From a virus (lineage: Duplodnaviria; Caudoviricetes): 64,000 nucleotides of DNA. The stretch lies in the IMG/VR virus record IMGVR_UViG_3300022752_000016; one strand, given 5' to 3'. Every line of letters begins with the position of its first letter. Position 1 is the stretch's first letter. The notes under the pieces are model-generated. The model saw only the letters and a program-made list of their open reading frames with translations, did no database searches and had not been told where the DNA came from. The translations under genes were made by a program, and so were the position numbers. This document shows, in pieces, positions 37,179 through 47,012 of this stretch.

Positions 37179-37396
37179 TGGTTGATACTTCTTTTAAAAC
37201 AAGAAAAGGCACAGGATATACCTACGATTGCAAAGGTAGAAAAGAAAATCCAACACATATTGTTAAATGGTGTAGAAATAATTTCGGTGAGCGTGGTAAA
37301 GGTTGGGACTTTTACACGGTACAAGGGAATGTCCATATTGAAATTTGGGATAGCAAATATAAAATGATGTATGAACTTTGGAAATATAATGTATAA
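37178..37396 (+). CDS. Small W-rich family paralog 5
   Basis: KWCRNNFGERG.GWDF...I.I.D.K..MMYELW. Confidence 0.75.
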   Translation: MVDTSFKTRKGTGYTYDCKGRKENPTHIVKWCRNNFGERGKGWDFYTVQGNVHIEIWDSKYKMMYELWKYNV

Positions 37397-37952
37397 TCAT
37401 GTAATGATTGATATGGAAACGTTAAGCACAGATCCAAACTGTGTAATATTAACAATAGGTGCTGTAAAATTTAATCCAAGGAGTACAGGTGTAATTAAAA
37501 AATTAGAATTAAGACCTACTGTTGATGAACAAATTGAAATTCATAATAGGACAATTAACGATGATACTTTACGCTGGTGGTCTGAGCAAAGCCCTGAAGC
37601 ACTTGAAGAAGCATTGGGAGACAGGGGAAGGCAATCATTTAAAGAGTGCATGGATATACTTTACAAGTTTTGTTGGAACTGTGATGCTGTTTGGAGCAAT
37701 GGTGCATCATTTGATATTGTTGTTGCTGAAACCGCATTTAGGCAAACTCTCATTGATCGCCCTAATCCTATTCCTTGGCCTTTTTATGCTATTAGAGATA
37801 CTAGGACTTTATACGAAATTGCGGGAGTCAAACTTAAAGATGGAGGTTACGTTACCACACACAAAGCAGTAGAAGATGCAGAACGTCAAGCAATTGTTGT
37901 ACAACAAGCGTATACTAAGTTAATTAAAGCAGGATTGTATGCGAATAAGTAG
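37389..37952 (+). CDS. DEDDh 3'-5' exonuclease (Rv2179c/DUF5051-like); start approximate
   Basis: VMIDMETL (Exo I), WSNGASFD (Exo II), RDTRT and HKAVEDA (Exo III). Confidence 0.88.
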   Translation: MYNHVMIDMETLSTDPNCVILTIGAVKFNPRSTGVIKKLELRPTVDEQIEIHNRTINDDTLRWWSEQSPEALEEALGDRGRQSFKECMDILYKFCWNCDAVWSNGASFDIVVAETAFRQTLIDRPNPIPWPFYAIRDTRTLYEIAGVKLKDGGYVTTHKAVEDAERQAIVVQQAYTKLIKAGLYANK

Positions 37953-38523
37953 TGATATTGATATTGATTTGGCAGATCGTGAGTCACTATTAAAATTAAT
38001 AGAACATATTCCTGCATCAATAAGAAAAAACAATACAGTAAAAAAACATCCAACTGGTGTTTATGTAACAGATATACCATATGATCCAATTAACAACATG
38101 TCAGCATTGGATTATGAAATAGCAGAAAATAGAGGATATTTTAAACTTGATTTTTTAAATGTACATGTATATGGAAAAATTAAAGATGAGCAACATTTAA
38201 TAAACTTAATGTGCGAACCTAATTGGACAAATTTGTATAAAAAAGATTTTGTTGAAAAATTAATACATATTAATAATCAATTTGACATATTATTAAAAAT
38301 GCCAGAGCCTATCGATAGTATACCTAAATTAGCTATGTTTTTGGCAATTATTCGACCTGGTAAACGACATTTAATTGGTAAAACATTTGATGTAATTGAA
38401 AAAAGTGTTTGGGATAAAGTAGATGATAGTTATTATTTCAAAAAAAGTCATAGTTACAGTTATGCACAATTAGTTGTTGTGCATATGAATTTGCTTGATG
38501 AATCAAATAACTTTTTTAACTAG
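37939..38523 (+). CDS. dnaE: Miniature DNA polymerase III alpha-like protein (catalytic-palm motifs only)
   Basis: SDIDIDLADR, KHPTGVY, GYFKLDFLN, LA++RPG and YYFKKSHSYSYA match DnaE motifs; only 194 aa. Confidence 0.75.
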   Translation: MRISSDIDIDLADRESLLKLIEHIPASIRKNNTVKKHPTGVYVTDIPYDPINNMSALDYEIAENRGYFKLDFLNVHVYGKIKDEQHLINLMCEPNWTNLYKKDFVEKLIHINNQFDILLKMPEPIDSIPKLAMFLAIIRPGKRHLIGKTFDVIEKSVWDKVDDSYYFKKSHSYSYAQLVVVHMNLLDESNNFFN

Positions 38524-38883
38524 TGTTATACTACGCCTTTTTAATCTACGCTTATTTAAATCTTGTAAAGAACAAACAGGACCATGTAAAATAGTAAGAC
38601 TTTTTGTATTAAATGTGCGTAAAAATATTTTAAATGATGTCCATTCATCCTTTAAAAAAAGATTAATTGGTATTAATCTATTACTTTCCCACCACCAAAC
38701 CTCACCTAGCATTAAAAATCTGCTTTTTTCATCTCTATCAATTATTGCACCATAATCATACAATGTAGTCACAATGTCATCACTATTTTGGATTATTCCA
38801 ACATATTCTTGATTTGCATAGGATACAACAGACATAAAAGGGTGTGTATCACTTAATTTTTTTAAAAAATCATTATTAATCAT
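38503..38883 (-). CDS. Hypothetical protein
   Basis: 126 aa; VWWWESNRLIPINLFL; convergent with the mini-dnaE gene. Confidence 0.75.
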   Translation of the reverse strand: MINNDFLKKLSDTHPFMSVVSYANQEYVGIIQNSDDIVTTLYDYGAIIDRDEKSRFLMLGEVWWWESNRLIPINLFLKDEWTSFKIFLRTFNTKSLTILHGPVCSLQDLNKRRLKRRSITLVKKVI

Positions 38884-38967
38884 TATTTTATAAGTCCAAA
38901 TATATTTACACCAATTTTACCATATTTTATATTTTGATAATCATAAATAAGTATAGGAGCATTAAAT

Positions 38968-39750
38968 GTGTATTCAACATCTGTTTTTTATTATACTCAA
39001 CGTCAAATCGTTGTTTTATTATCAGGATATTCACCGAGAAGATATATGCCAGTTTATGCCAAACCATTAACCCTTAATAAGGGTGTAGATAATCAAATAC
39101 AATTTCAATTTTTAAATCAAGAACAAAAGCCGATTGATATTACTGGCAAAACAATTACGTGTAGAATATTAAACAATGCTGGAAATAAGGTTTTATTACG
39201 AAAGTCACTTACATTACAATTACCAGCTACAGGTATAGCAGCATTGATGTTAAATGCAGCGGAGCTTGAAAACATCGATGCACAAAAAGGTTATTATAGT
39301 TTGGAAATTCCAGTTGGTGAATTTGATTATCCTGTATTTGTTGATCAAAATGCGGGTGCACGTGGCGATGTGAATATTGTTAATAGTGTATTACCAAATT
39401 TTGTTCCAAGTCAAGAAGTTACAATACCAACTGGTCAACCTTTTCCAAATCTTGATGCCAATAATAGTATAAGTAATGTATTACCAAATGCTAATACATA
39501 TTACAGTAGTATTATTAATACACAGGATAATCCTATACTAACAATTCAAGCAAAATTAACTGAATATAACGGAGATGTTATAATTGAAGGTACTGTAAAT
39601 CAACAAGCCACAGATTGGTATCCAATTACAACATCTGTTTATTCAAATAATTCAAATACACATGGATGGACTATTCATGGATATCACCCATTTGTACGTA
39701 TGGTATTTATCAGCAATACAGGTATTGTTAGCGATATTTTAGCCAGATAA
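38968..39750 (+). CDS. Probable virion/baseplate-associated beta-rich protein
   Basis: Late-type CATAAATA at 38942 and RBS AGGAG; composition rich in Asn, Thr and Val. Confidence 0.65.
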   Translation: MYSTSVFYYTQRQIVVLLSGYSPRRYMPVYAKPLTLNKGVDNQIQFQFLNQEQKPIDITGKTITCRILNNAGNKVLLRKSLTLQLPATGIAALMLNAAELENIDAQKGYYSLEIPVGEFDYPVFVDQNAGARGDVNIVNSVLPNFVPSQEVTIPTGQPFPNLDANNSISNVLPNANTYYSSIINTQDNPILTIQAKLTEYNGDVIIEGTVNQQATDWYPITTSVYSNNSNTHGWTIHGYHPFVRMVFISNTGIVSDILAR

Positions 39751-39795
39751 GCCAACTTAGTTGTAATTAAGTCATATTTTTGTTAATATTTTCAG

Positions 39796-40767
39796 ATGTT
39801 TGACATATTATCCTTTATTCCAAGTAAAAAAACGTTAAGTCAAAGTGGCTGGCATAGTTTTAATGCAATATGTTGTCAATATCGTGGACATAGACAAGAT
39901 ACTCGAAAACGCGGAGGCATACGTTTAGCTAATAACAGTTGGCAATATCATTGTTTTAATTGTGGATTTAAAGCTGGTTTCTTTCTAGGTAAAAGCATAA
40001 CAAAAAATGCAAGACAGCTATTTAAATGGTTAAACATTGATGAGCAACAAATAAATCGTTGGAATCTAGAGAGTATACAACATCGAGATTTATTAGAAAT
40101 AATAAAAGTTCGTAAAGAAAATAAAAAAATAAAGTTTAAAGATTATAAAATAGAAGATGGAGAAATTTTAGATATTAAAAATAGTCAACACAAAAAGTAC
40201 ATAGAATATTTAAATAAAAGAGGATTGAAGCATGATTGCTATCCTTTTTTGGTAACTCCAAATTTAATTGGAAGAAAGGCAAATAGAATAATAATTCCTT
40301 TTACCTTTGAAGGAAAAATTGTAGGACAAACGTCAAGATTTTTAGATGATAAAAAACCTAAGTTTATTAATGATCAACAACCTGGTTATGTATTTGGTTA
40401 TGATTTACAAAAACCAAATTGGGAAATTTGTATTTTGTGCGAAGGTATTTTTGACGCATTAAGTATTGACGGGTGTGCCATAACACATAATGTTATAAAT
40501 AATGACCAAGTCGAAATAATTAGTAGATTAAATAGACGAATTATATTTGTTCCAGATCAAGATAAAACAGGATTATCTCTTTGTGATCAAGCACTTGAAT
40601 TAGGATATGAGGTAAGTATACCTGAATGGGATAATAATATCAAAGATATAAATGATGCAGTGGTAAGTTATGGTAAATTTAGTACTTTGCTAAGTATTAT
40701 ACAGGCATCGACAAATAATAAAATAAAAGTTGAGATGAGGAGAAAGGCTATTGCTAAAAGATTATAA
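39796..40767 (+). CDS. DNA primase (Zn-binding domain plus TOPRIM), T4 gp61-like
   Basis: NAICC...YHCFNCG zinc motif, CEGIFDALS, VPDQD and KDINDA. Confidence 0.88.
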   Translation: MFDILSFIPSKKTLSQSGWHSFNAICCQYRGHRQDTRKRGGIRLANNSWQYHCFNCGFKAGFFLGKSITKNARQLFKWLNIDEQQINRWNLESIQHRDLLEIIKVRKENKKIKFKDYKIEDGEILDIKNSQHKKYIEYLNKRGLKHDCYPFLVTPNLIGRKANRIIIPFTFEGKIVGQTSRFLDDKKPKFINDQQPGYVFGYDLQKPNWEICILCEGIFDALSIDGCAITHNVINNDQVEIISRLNRRIIFVPDQDKTGLSLCDQALELGYEVSIPEWDNNIKDINDAVVSYGKFSTLLSIIQASTNNKIKVEMRRKAIAKRL

Positions 40768-42157
40768 TAATGATGTGCAATTGTTATTTTTGCGTATGAT
40801 GGTAACTAATTCAGAATTATATACAAGAATTATGAATATAATGAATGTAAAAAACTTTAATAAAAATTTGTTGCCTGTAGCAGAATTTATAGTTGAGCAT
40901 AGTAAAAAGTATAATGTAATGCCTGAATCAATACAAATAAAGGCTACTACAGGTATTGAAGTAGAAGTTATACAAGATTTAGATGAAGGACATTATGAAT
41001 GGTTTCTTGAGGAATTTGAAGCATTTACTAAAAGACAAGAACTAGAACGAGCTATCTTAAAAAGTGCTGACCTATTAGAGAAAGGAGAATACGATCCTGT
41101 AGAAAAACTAATTAAAGATGCTGTGCAGATTAGTTTACAGCGTGATATGGGTACAGATTATTTTGCTGACCCAAAAGCTAGATTAATGGCATTAAAATCA
41201 AATAACGGACAAAACAGCACAGGTTGGCCTAGTATGGATCAAAAACTATATGGTGGCTTTAATCGTGGTGAATTACAAATCTTTGCAGGTGGTAGTGGAT
41301 CTGGTAAATCGTTGTTTATGCAAAATCTTGCGGTGAATTGGGCACAAGCAGGACTGTCAGGAGTATATATTACATTAGAACTTAGTGAAGGTTTATGTAG
41401 TATGCGTATTGATAGTATGATGACGGATACAAGTAGCCGTGAAATTTTCAAAGACATTGATAATGTTGAGATGAAGGTTAAAATGGCAGCTAGGAAAGCA
41501 GGAAAATTGCGTATTAAATATATGCCTGCACAATCTACTGTAAATGATATTCGTGCTTATTGTAAAGAATTACAAATACAAACAGGCATAAAGATTGACT
41601 TTTTGTGTGTAGATTACTTAGACTTATTAATGCCCGTCAGTGCTAAGGTTAGCCCTAGTGATTTATTTGTCAAAGACAAATATGTTAGTGAAGAATTACG
41701 TAATTTAAGTAAAGAATTAAATGTATTATTTGTAACTGCAAGTCAACTAAATCGTACAGCGGTAGATGAGATTGAATTTGATCATAGTCATATAAGCGGT
41801 GGTATTAGTAAAATCAACACAGCAGATAATGTATTTGGTATTTTCACAAGTCGTAGTATGAGAGAGCGTGGTCAATATCAGTTACAATTAATGAAAACTA
41901 GGAGTAGCAGTGGTGTAGGACAAAAAATTGAATTAGATTTTAACATTGAAACATTAAGGATAACTGATAGTAATGAAGAAGTAAAACAATATTCACAACC
42001 AAGTCCAACTGAAATTTTAAATAAAATTCGTCCAAACAATACAGTTAATGACGTTATACAGAACACTGTACAGCCTCAAACAGGCAAAGTTGTTGCGGAT
42101 GTTCAGAGTAGCAAACTAAAGTCTTTGTTAAATAGTTTACAGAAACAAAATCAATAA
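40751..42157 (+). CDS. Replicative helicase, DnaB/T4 gp41-like
   Basis: STGWPSMDQKLYGG, GGSGSGKS, YITLEL, VDYLDL, TASQLNR and KTR. Confidence 0.93.
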   Translation: MLKDYNNDVQLLFLRMMVTNSELYTRIMNIMNVKNFNKNLLPVAEFIVEHSKKYNVMPESIQIKATTGIEVEVIQDLDEGHYEWFLEEFEAFTKRQELERAILKSADLLEKGEYDPVEKLIKDAVQISLQRDMGTDYFADPKARLMALKSNNGQNSTGWPSMDQKLYGGFNRGELQIFAGGSGSGKSLFMQNLAVNWAQAGLSGVYITLELSEGLCSMRIDSMMTDTSSREIFKDIDNVEMKVKMAARKAGKLRIKYMPAQSTVNDIRAYCKELQIQTGIKIDFLCVDYLDLLMPVSAKVSPSDLFVKDKYVSEELRNLSKELNVLFVTASQLNRTAVDEIEFDHSHISGGISKINTADNVFGIFTSRSMRERGQYQLQLMKTRSSSGVGQKIELDFNIETLRITDSNEEVKQYSQPSPTEILNKIRPNNTVNDVIQNTVQPQTGKVVADVQSSKLKSLLNSLQKQNQ

Positions 42158-42187
42158 CCCGAATAAATACATACGGGAAATAATCTT

Positions 42188-42436
42188 ATGCAAAAGAAAA
42201 CCAAAAGTTTACTAGAAGAATTAGAAGCAATCGGTAATAATAGAGACATGAATCTAGTGATAGAAAATAGAGCGGTAAACATTATAACCAGTGCTATTAA
42301 TTTAATAGAACTTATGAATAGACATTATCAAAAAGATAAGGCTGATGTTTTGGAGCGTAGACTATTAAGTGCTATTAAAAATAAAGATAGAAATAAATTT
42401 TCTAAGTCATTAAGGAAGAAAGATGAAAATAGTTGA
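42188..42436 (+). CDS. Small hypothetical protein (T.S.LEEL)
   Basis: Late-type AATAAATA at 42162; 82 aa. Confidence 0.75.
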   Translation: MQKKTKSLLEELEAIGNNRDMNLVIENRAVNIITSAINLIELMNRHYQKDKADVLERRLLSAIKNKDRNKFSKSLRKKDENS

Positions 42437-43694
42437 ATTTAAGGACATGCAAAAGTTAGACGAGTTACGTTTGGACCAAGTTGTTGGTGATTATGGGGCA
42501 GCGGCCTTAAAACAGTTAGGTAATAGATTGACTGGCAGAGCAGTTGGGCAGGCAAGTGTGGATCAAAGACAATTAATGGACAAATGGATTAATAACTTTG
42601 TAGGAGATGCGGTATTAAATATCAACCAAGCTATTGAAACTGGGTTAGTTGATCCAAACCAAACTACACAAAATACAACTCAAGTAGATCCTAGTCAAGT
42701 TCAACAAACTGCACCTACAACCCAAGCTGTACCTGCAGCAGCAGGACGAGTTAGAGATCCGGATGCAGGCGCTAAAGCACGAGGCAAATATAAAGCACAA
42801 CAAGAAACTAGTCAAAATATTAATAATTATGTAAGACAAATCTCTGCTGAATTAAACGCTACTACTGATAAACGACAGAAAATGGCGTTAACTAAAGAAA
42901 TTGTAAATTTTATGGCAGATAGAAAAAATTACCCTGAGTGGCAAAATGCTGTTGCCACTGTACAACAAGTTATTAAAAAACAAAACCAAGATCCTAATTT
43001 TGCTAACGCGGCTATTGAAAGATTAAAAACAGGCAAAGTAATGGCTGAAGCATGGCAAATTTATTGGATTAACAAATTATTAGAGAGTGTTAATATAAGT
43101 TGGAAAGAGTTAGGATTTGTTGTATTAAAAGAAAATAAGCGTAAAAACTATTATATTGCAGAAACCAAATATAACAAGTTAAACAGTTTATTTGAGGGTT
43201 TGCTTAAAGAAGCACTTAGTATTAGTGATTTTATCAAAACACGTTGGTTACCTGCATATGCAAAAAGAAAAGGTAATTTAGATTATAGTTCAGACATGGC
43301 AAGTGTTGAAAAGGCTGCTGACGAAATACAAGCAAGTTATAGCAAAGATCAAGGACAACAAGCTTTAAGAAAATTAGGTAGTATGATGTTTACAATTGGT
43401 AATTTAGCTGGCACAGGCGGTTCGGCAGGCGGCACTGGTACATCAGGTGCAGGTACCTCTGCACAAGCTTCAGCTACACAACCAAGTTCTACTGCACAAG
43501 CTCCAGCTACACAACCAAGTTCTACTGCACAAGCTCCAGCTACTCAAAGTACTGCACCAGTAACTTCAGCACAAATGTCAAGTATAATTGAAAAATATGC
43601 TGAAAAATTAAAAGCTACTGATGCAGCAATGTATGAAAAATTAATGAAAAAGTTATTAGAAAAGTATAGAATGTGGGATGAATTACAAAGGTGA
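42423..43694 (+). CDS. Hypothetical, probable head-associated protein with Ala/Thr/Gln low-complexity linkers
   Basis: 423-aa ORF; N-terminal IVE/LDE motifs. Confidence 0.75.
   Translation: MKIVEFKDMQKLDELRLDQVVGDYGAAALKQLGNRLTGRAVGQASVDQRQLMDKWINNFVGDAVLNINQAIETGLVDPNQTTQNTTQVDPSQVQQTAPTTQAVPAAAGRVRDPDAGAKARGKYKAQQETSQNINNYVRQISAELNATTDKRQKMALTKEIVNFMADRKNYPEWQNAVATVQQVIKKQNQDPNFANAAIERLKTGKVMAEAWQIYWINKLLESVNISWKELGFVVLKENKRKNYYIAETKYNKLNSLFEGLLKEALSISDFIKTRWLPAYAKRKGNLDYSSDMASVEKAADEIQASYSKDQGQQALRKLGSMMFTIGNLAGTGGSAGGTGTSGAGTSAQASATQPSSTAQAPATQPSSTAQAPATQSTAPVTSAQMSSIIEKYAEKLKATDAAMYEKLMKKLLEKYRMWDELQR
43459..43543 (+). repeat. 33-nt tandem repeat x2.6 (AQAPATQPSST)
   Basis: Units start at 43459, 43492 and 43525. 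Confidence 0.85.
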
Positions 43695-44827
43695 ATATAG
43701 CATTATTGCGTGATAAGTTAATAAATTTAACGGTTATTAACGAAGCTAAAGGTCATTTGGATCATCCTGAAGATTTAATATTTCTACAGGGTTCTAGTGG
43801 TGCAAACACTGCGATTAATGCAACACTTGCTACAGCGAAAAATCCTAAAACAGTAACTATTAAATGGGATGGATATCCTGCATTGATATTTGGTAGGGGT
43901 ACTAATAATAAGTTTAGTATAATGGATAAACATATGTTTAATAAACGTGATTTATCTGGTAGACAAGTATATAGTCCTGAACAATTTGTTCAATATGATC
44001 AGGCACGGGGAGTAGACAGATCAGGGTTACATCAATTAATTGCTAATATTTGGCCTGATTTAGAAAAAGCAGACAGAGGTTTAGGTTATTATTGGGGTGA
44101 TGTATTATTTTTTAGTCCATTACAAGAAAAGAATGGCTTATATACATTTAGAGCTAATCCAAATGGTATTACATATACTGTTGAAACTAATAGTGAAATA
44201 GGTAACTTTTTACGTGGCAAAAAAGCAGGAATTGTTGTACATCAATATATTGCACCAAATGCTGAAAGTACAGATGAAGCTACACCATTAAATGGAACTA
44301 TAGGTAAACTTAAAAATAACACAGACGTAGCAATTGTACCTGCTAAAATGCCTATTACCCCTAAGTTAAAGATAGATAATAAATTAATAAGTGCTGCTAA
44401 AAATGAAATAGCAAGATACGGAGAAGATGTTGACAGACTATTAGATACAGCTCCACAAGCAAGAAACACATTTGTACAGCTTTTTACAACATATATTAAT
44501 AAAAAAATTGTTGAAGGAAATTTGTCTAATTTAGTTAAAGGTTTTTATGAATATTTTAATAATAAGCTTATGACAGATCCTATGCGTAAAAAGTTAACTC
44601 AGCATTTCCAAGAGAATCAAAAAGGTGTATTAGGTGCCTTTGCCATATGGATTGCATTATATAATTTAAAAATGAGTTTAGTTACACAATTAAACACTGC
44701 TGCTGAAGCCAGTCCTGTAAAAGGGTATTTACAAACTGGACAACAAACACAAGAAGGCTTTGTTAGTCAAGGGTTAAAATTTGTTGATAGAATGGGTTTT
44801 AGCCGTCAAAATTTAGCTGCTAGATAA
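43691..44827 (+). CDS. Conserved T4-like-phage protein with HLDHPED and TIKWDGYPA motifs (DUF6267-like); GTG start
   Basis: Motif pattern recalled from T4-like phage hypothetical proteins; KxDG motif present. Confidence 0.65.
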   Translation: MNIALLRDKLINLTVINEAKGHLDHPEDLIFLQGSSGANTAINATLATAKNPKTVTIKWDGYPALIFGRGTNNKFSIMDKHMFNKRDLSGRQVYSPEQFVQYDQARGVDRSGLHQLIANIWPDLEKADRGLGYYWGDVLFFSPLQEKNGLYTFRANPNGITYTVETNSEIGNFLRGKKAGIVVHQYIAPNAESTDEATPLNGTIGKLKNNTDVAIVPAKMPITPKLKIDNKLISAAKNEIARYGEDVDRLLDTAPQARNTFVQLFTTYINKKIVEGNLSNLVKGFYEYFNNKLMTDPMRKKLTQHFQENQKGVLGAFAIWIALYNLKMSLVTQLNTAAEASPVKGYLQTGQQTQEGFVSQGLKFVDRMGFSRQNLAAR

Positions 44828-44903
44828 CTCAAAACCAAGTTTTTTTGTATTTGGGATAAATAATAGTATGAGCAATGCTCAACTAACATAAGGAAATAGA
44901 AAA

Positions 44904-45293
44904 ATGGCACAATTTACAAGAGTCAATGGTGACTTTAAACCAGTAATGAACTATGACCAACCTGCGTATACAAACACAGGCGTTAATGCAGTAACATCAG
45001 GTGAAACAGTTCAACCACAAGGTCCAAAGCTACAATTTGGTACAGTAACATTTACAGGTGCAGCAACACCAAGTGGCACTGATATTTTAACTGCTATAAA
45101 CACAATTCAGCAATTAGCTACTATTTATATGTATGAATTCACAGAAGTTGGTGATAACACAGATACATTAGCAGTTGCAGTTTACCCAGTAAATGCATGG
45201 GACTTTACAAACGCTGGTAACTTAGATGCTGCCTTGACAACAGCATTAGGTTACGCTGTAACGACAGCAGCTACAGCAACATTTACGAACTAA
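44904..45293 (+). CDS. Probable abundant virion protein (head decoration-like)
   Basis: GATAAATA at 44855, strong RBS, Ala/Thr-rich, followed by its own terminator. Confidence 0.6.
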   Translation: MAQFTRVNGDFKPVMNYDQPAYTNTGVNAVTSGETVQPQGPKLQFGTVTFTGAATPSGTDILTAINTIQQLATIYMYEFTEVGDNTDTLAVAVYPVNAWDFTNAGNLDAALTTALGYAVTTAATATFTN

Positions 45294-45314
45294 TTAAAGG
45301 TCGTTTAAAAAATG

Positions 45315-45342
45315 AACCCGAGATTTTATTCTCGGGTTTTTT
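45315..45342 (+). terminator. Rho-independent terminator
   Basis: AACCCGAGA-loop-TCTCGGGTT followed by a T-run. Confidence 0.85.
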
Positions 45343-45343
45343 A

Positions 45344-45799
45344 TTGCTTAAATACGAAATGTCACATAAAATTAAATGTTATACTTTGTTTGATATTACA
45401 CAAACAGATATACGACAAAGATCACGTATACCAGAAGGAATAGATTTAGTGAAATATGTATATCAAAGAAATACTCAAAATAATTTAGATACAATATTAC
45501 AAATTATTTCACTTAGATCCCAACCAGAGTTAGTTCAAAGCCCTAAAACATTAAAAATTAATTTAAATGATTCAGATTGGTTTGGTTTTTTATATATGGA
45601 TGAACAAGTAAATGTATGGTCTTTTGAATTTGAGGTTCATCATTCAAATGTCTTTAATGATGGTTACGAAGAATTTGGATATTTATATAGGGATTGTGAT
45701 GGTATTCCAATGATTAAATGTGAAACAGAATATAATCAATTAACCAATTTTTTAGATATAAACCCTGAAACAAAAAATATACATTTTATATTATGTTAA
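45344..45799 (+). CDS. Hypothetical protein (true start probably ATG 45359)
   Basis: YTLFDIT.T and Q.N..T+LQ.+SLR.QP motifs. Confidence 0.75.
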   Translation: MLKYEMSHKIKCYTLFDITQTDIRQRSRIPEGIDLVKYVYQRNTQNNLDTILQIISLRSQPELVQSPKTLKINLNDSDWFGFLYMDEQVNVWSFEFEVHHSNVFNDGYEEFGYLYRDCDGIPMIKCETEYNQLTNFLDINPETKNIHFILC

Positions 45800-46278
45800 A
45801 TACACAAGACAGAATAGATTTATTTATACATAAGGAATACAAAAAAGACCTTATAAATTGTTCAATTATAAAAGAAGGTCGTAGTATTTTACTATTTAAT
45901 AGGTATAAAATTTCACCTACTAATATAGGTTACAAAGTTGATATGTTAAGATCGTCAAGTAATATTACTTTTTTTGATATAAAAAATGCACTTACCTATT
46001 GTATATTTGAAAATTATCAAAATTATTCCGAAGCTAATCATGTAGTAAATTTGGATAGAATAATTAATAATTACGAATTTAATGTTAAGCTACAACAAAA
46101 AATGATTAATAATAAAATTTCTAAAGACCAAAAAACTATTCATTTATCTAAACTTTTAGAGAATTTATCAAAGAAAAAACAGGCAAAAGAACAAATGGAT
46201 AAATTAATAAATATATCAAGAACTTTGCTACTCAATAAATTTAATTCTAGTTTAAAAAGCAAAGATTTTGATAAATAG
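45793..46278 (+). CDS. Hypothetical protein
   Basis: 161-aa ORF in operon packing. Confidence 0.65.
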   Translation: MLNTQDRIDLFIHKEYKKDLINCSIIKEGRSILLFNRYKISPTNIGYKVDMLRSSSNITFFDIKNALTYCIFENYQNYSEANHVVNLDRIINNYEFNVKLQQKMINNKISKDQKTIHLSKLLENLSKKKQAKEQMDKLINISRTLLLNKFNSSLKSKDFDK

Positions 46279-46299
46279 TATATAAATTGGAAACAGACC

Positions 46300-47010
46300 A
46301 TGAAACTATATGATTTAGATACAAAAAAATATGCTAGTAAGGCTTTAAAAGAAAATTTTGATTTTGAATTTAATCCATCAAAATTATCAAAAAATGCCAC
46401 GCAAAGTATGCTTGCTAAAGTCAAAAAAATTATAGCTGAAACAAAACAAAATCCTGATTTTAGGAAACAACAACAAAATAAAAGTTATTTAAAATTGTTG
46501 TTTATGGAACAAGCTTTGAAAGACCACTACCGCGAATTATTAAGTAAATACAAATCACGTATTGTATTTGAAAATGAAGAAGTTGAAAAGTCTCAAGTTA
46601 TTTTAGCTGCCCAAGATATGGTTGACAGTATACAAAAGATGCTTGAAGATGTTGGACAAATGCAAGTTAAAGAATTACCTGCATTAGTTTCAAGTATTGA
46701 AAGTGAAATGGATGCACAAAAAGCACAGACCTTTAATGATAGTGTAAGCCAACAATTAACAACATTAAGTGAAGCGTTAAAGGCTAGCTATGATGGTGTT
46801 AAAGGTTCGTTAAATGCATTGACTGGCATGGGCGGTGATGCAATGGCTGCGTTTGATACAGGCGCAGATGCAGCAGCAGACCTAGGTGCAGAAGCAGGAG
46901 CTGAGATGGGAACAGACATGGCATCAGGCGTAGACGCTATGGCACCTGTGACACCCGAGGAAGAACCTGAGCAAATGCCTGTGGCAGGAGCCGGTAGACC
47001 TAAGAGATAA
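46300..47010 (+). CDS. Probable head assembly/scaffold-type coiled-coil protein
   Basis: Late box GATAAATA at 46270; acidic Ala-rich C-terminus ending GRPKR. Confidence 0.6.
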   Translation: MKLYDLDTKKYASKALKENFDFEFNPSKLSKNATQSMLAKVKKIIAETKQNPDFRKQQQNKSYLKLLFMEQALKDHYRELLSKYKSRIVFENEEVEKSQVILAAQDMVDSIQKMLEDVGQMQVKELPALVSSIESEMDAQKAQTFNDSVSQQLTTLSEALKASYDGVKGSLNALTGMGGDAMAAFDTGADAAADLGAEAGAEMGTDMASGVDAMAPVTPEEEPEQMPVAGAGRPKR

Positions 47011-47012
47011 TT

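Noticed and set aside
37939-38523. dnaE as a frameshifted pseudogene
   Set aside because: The motifs are contiguous in one frame, and the flanking genes are unrelated intact ORFs with no remaining dnaE pieces.
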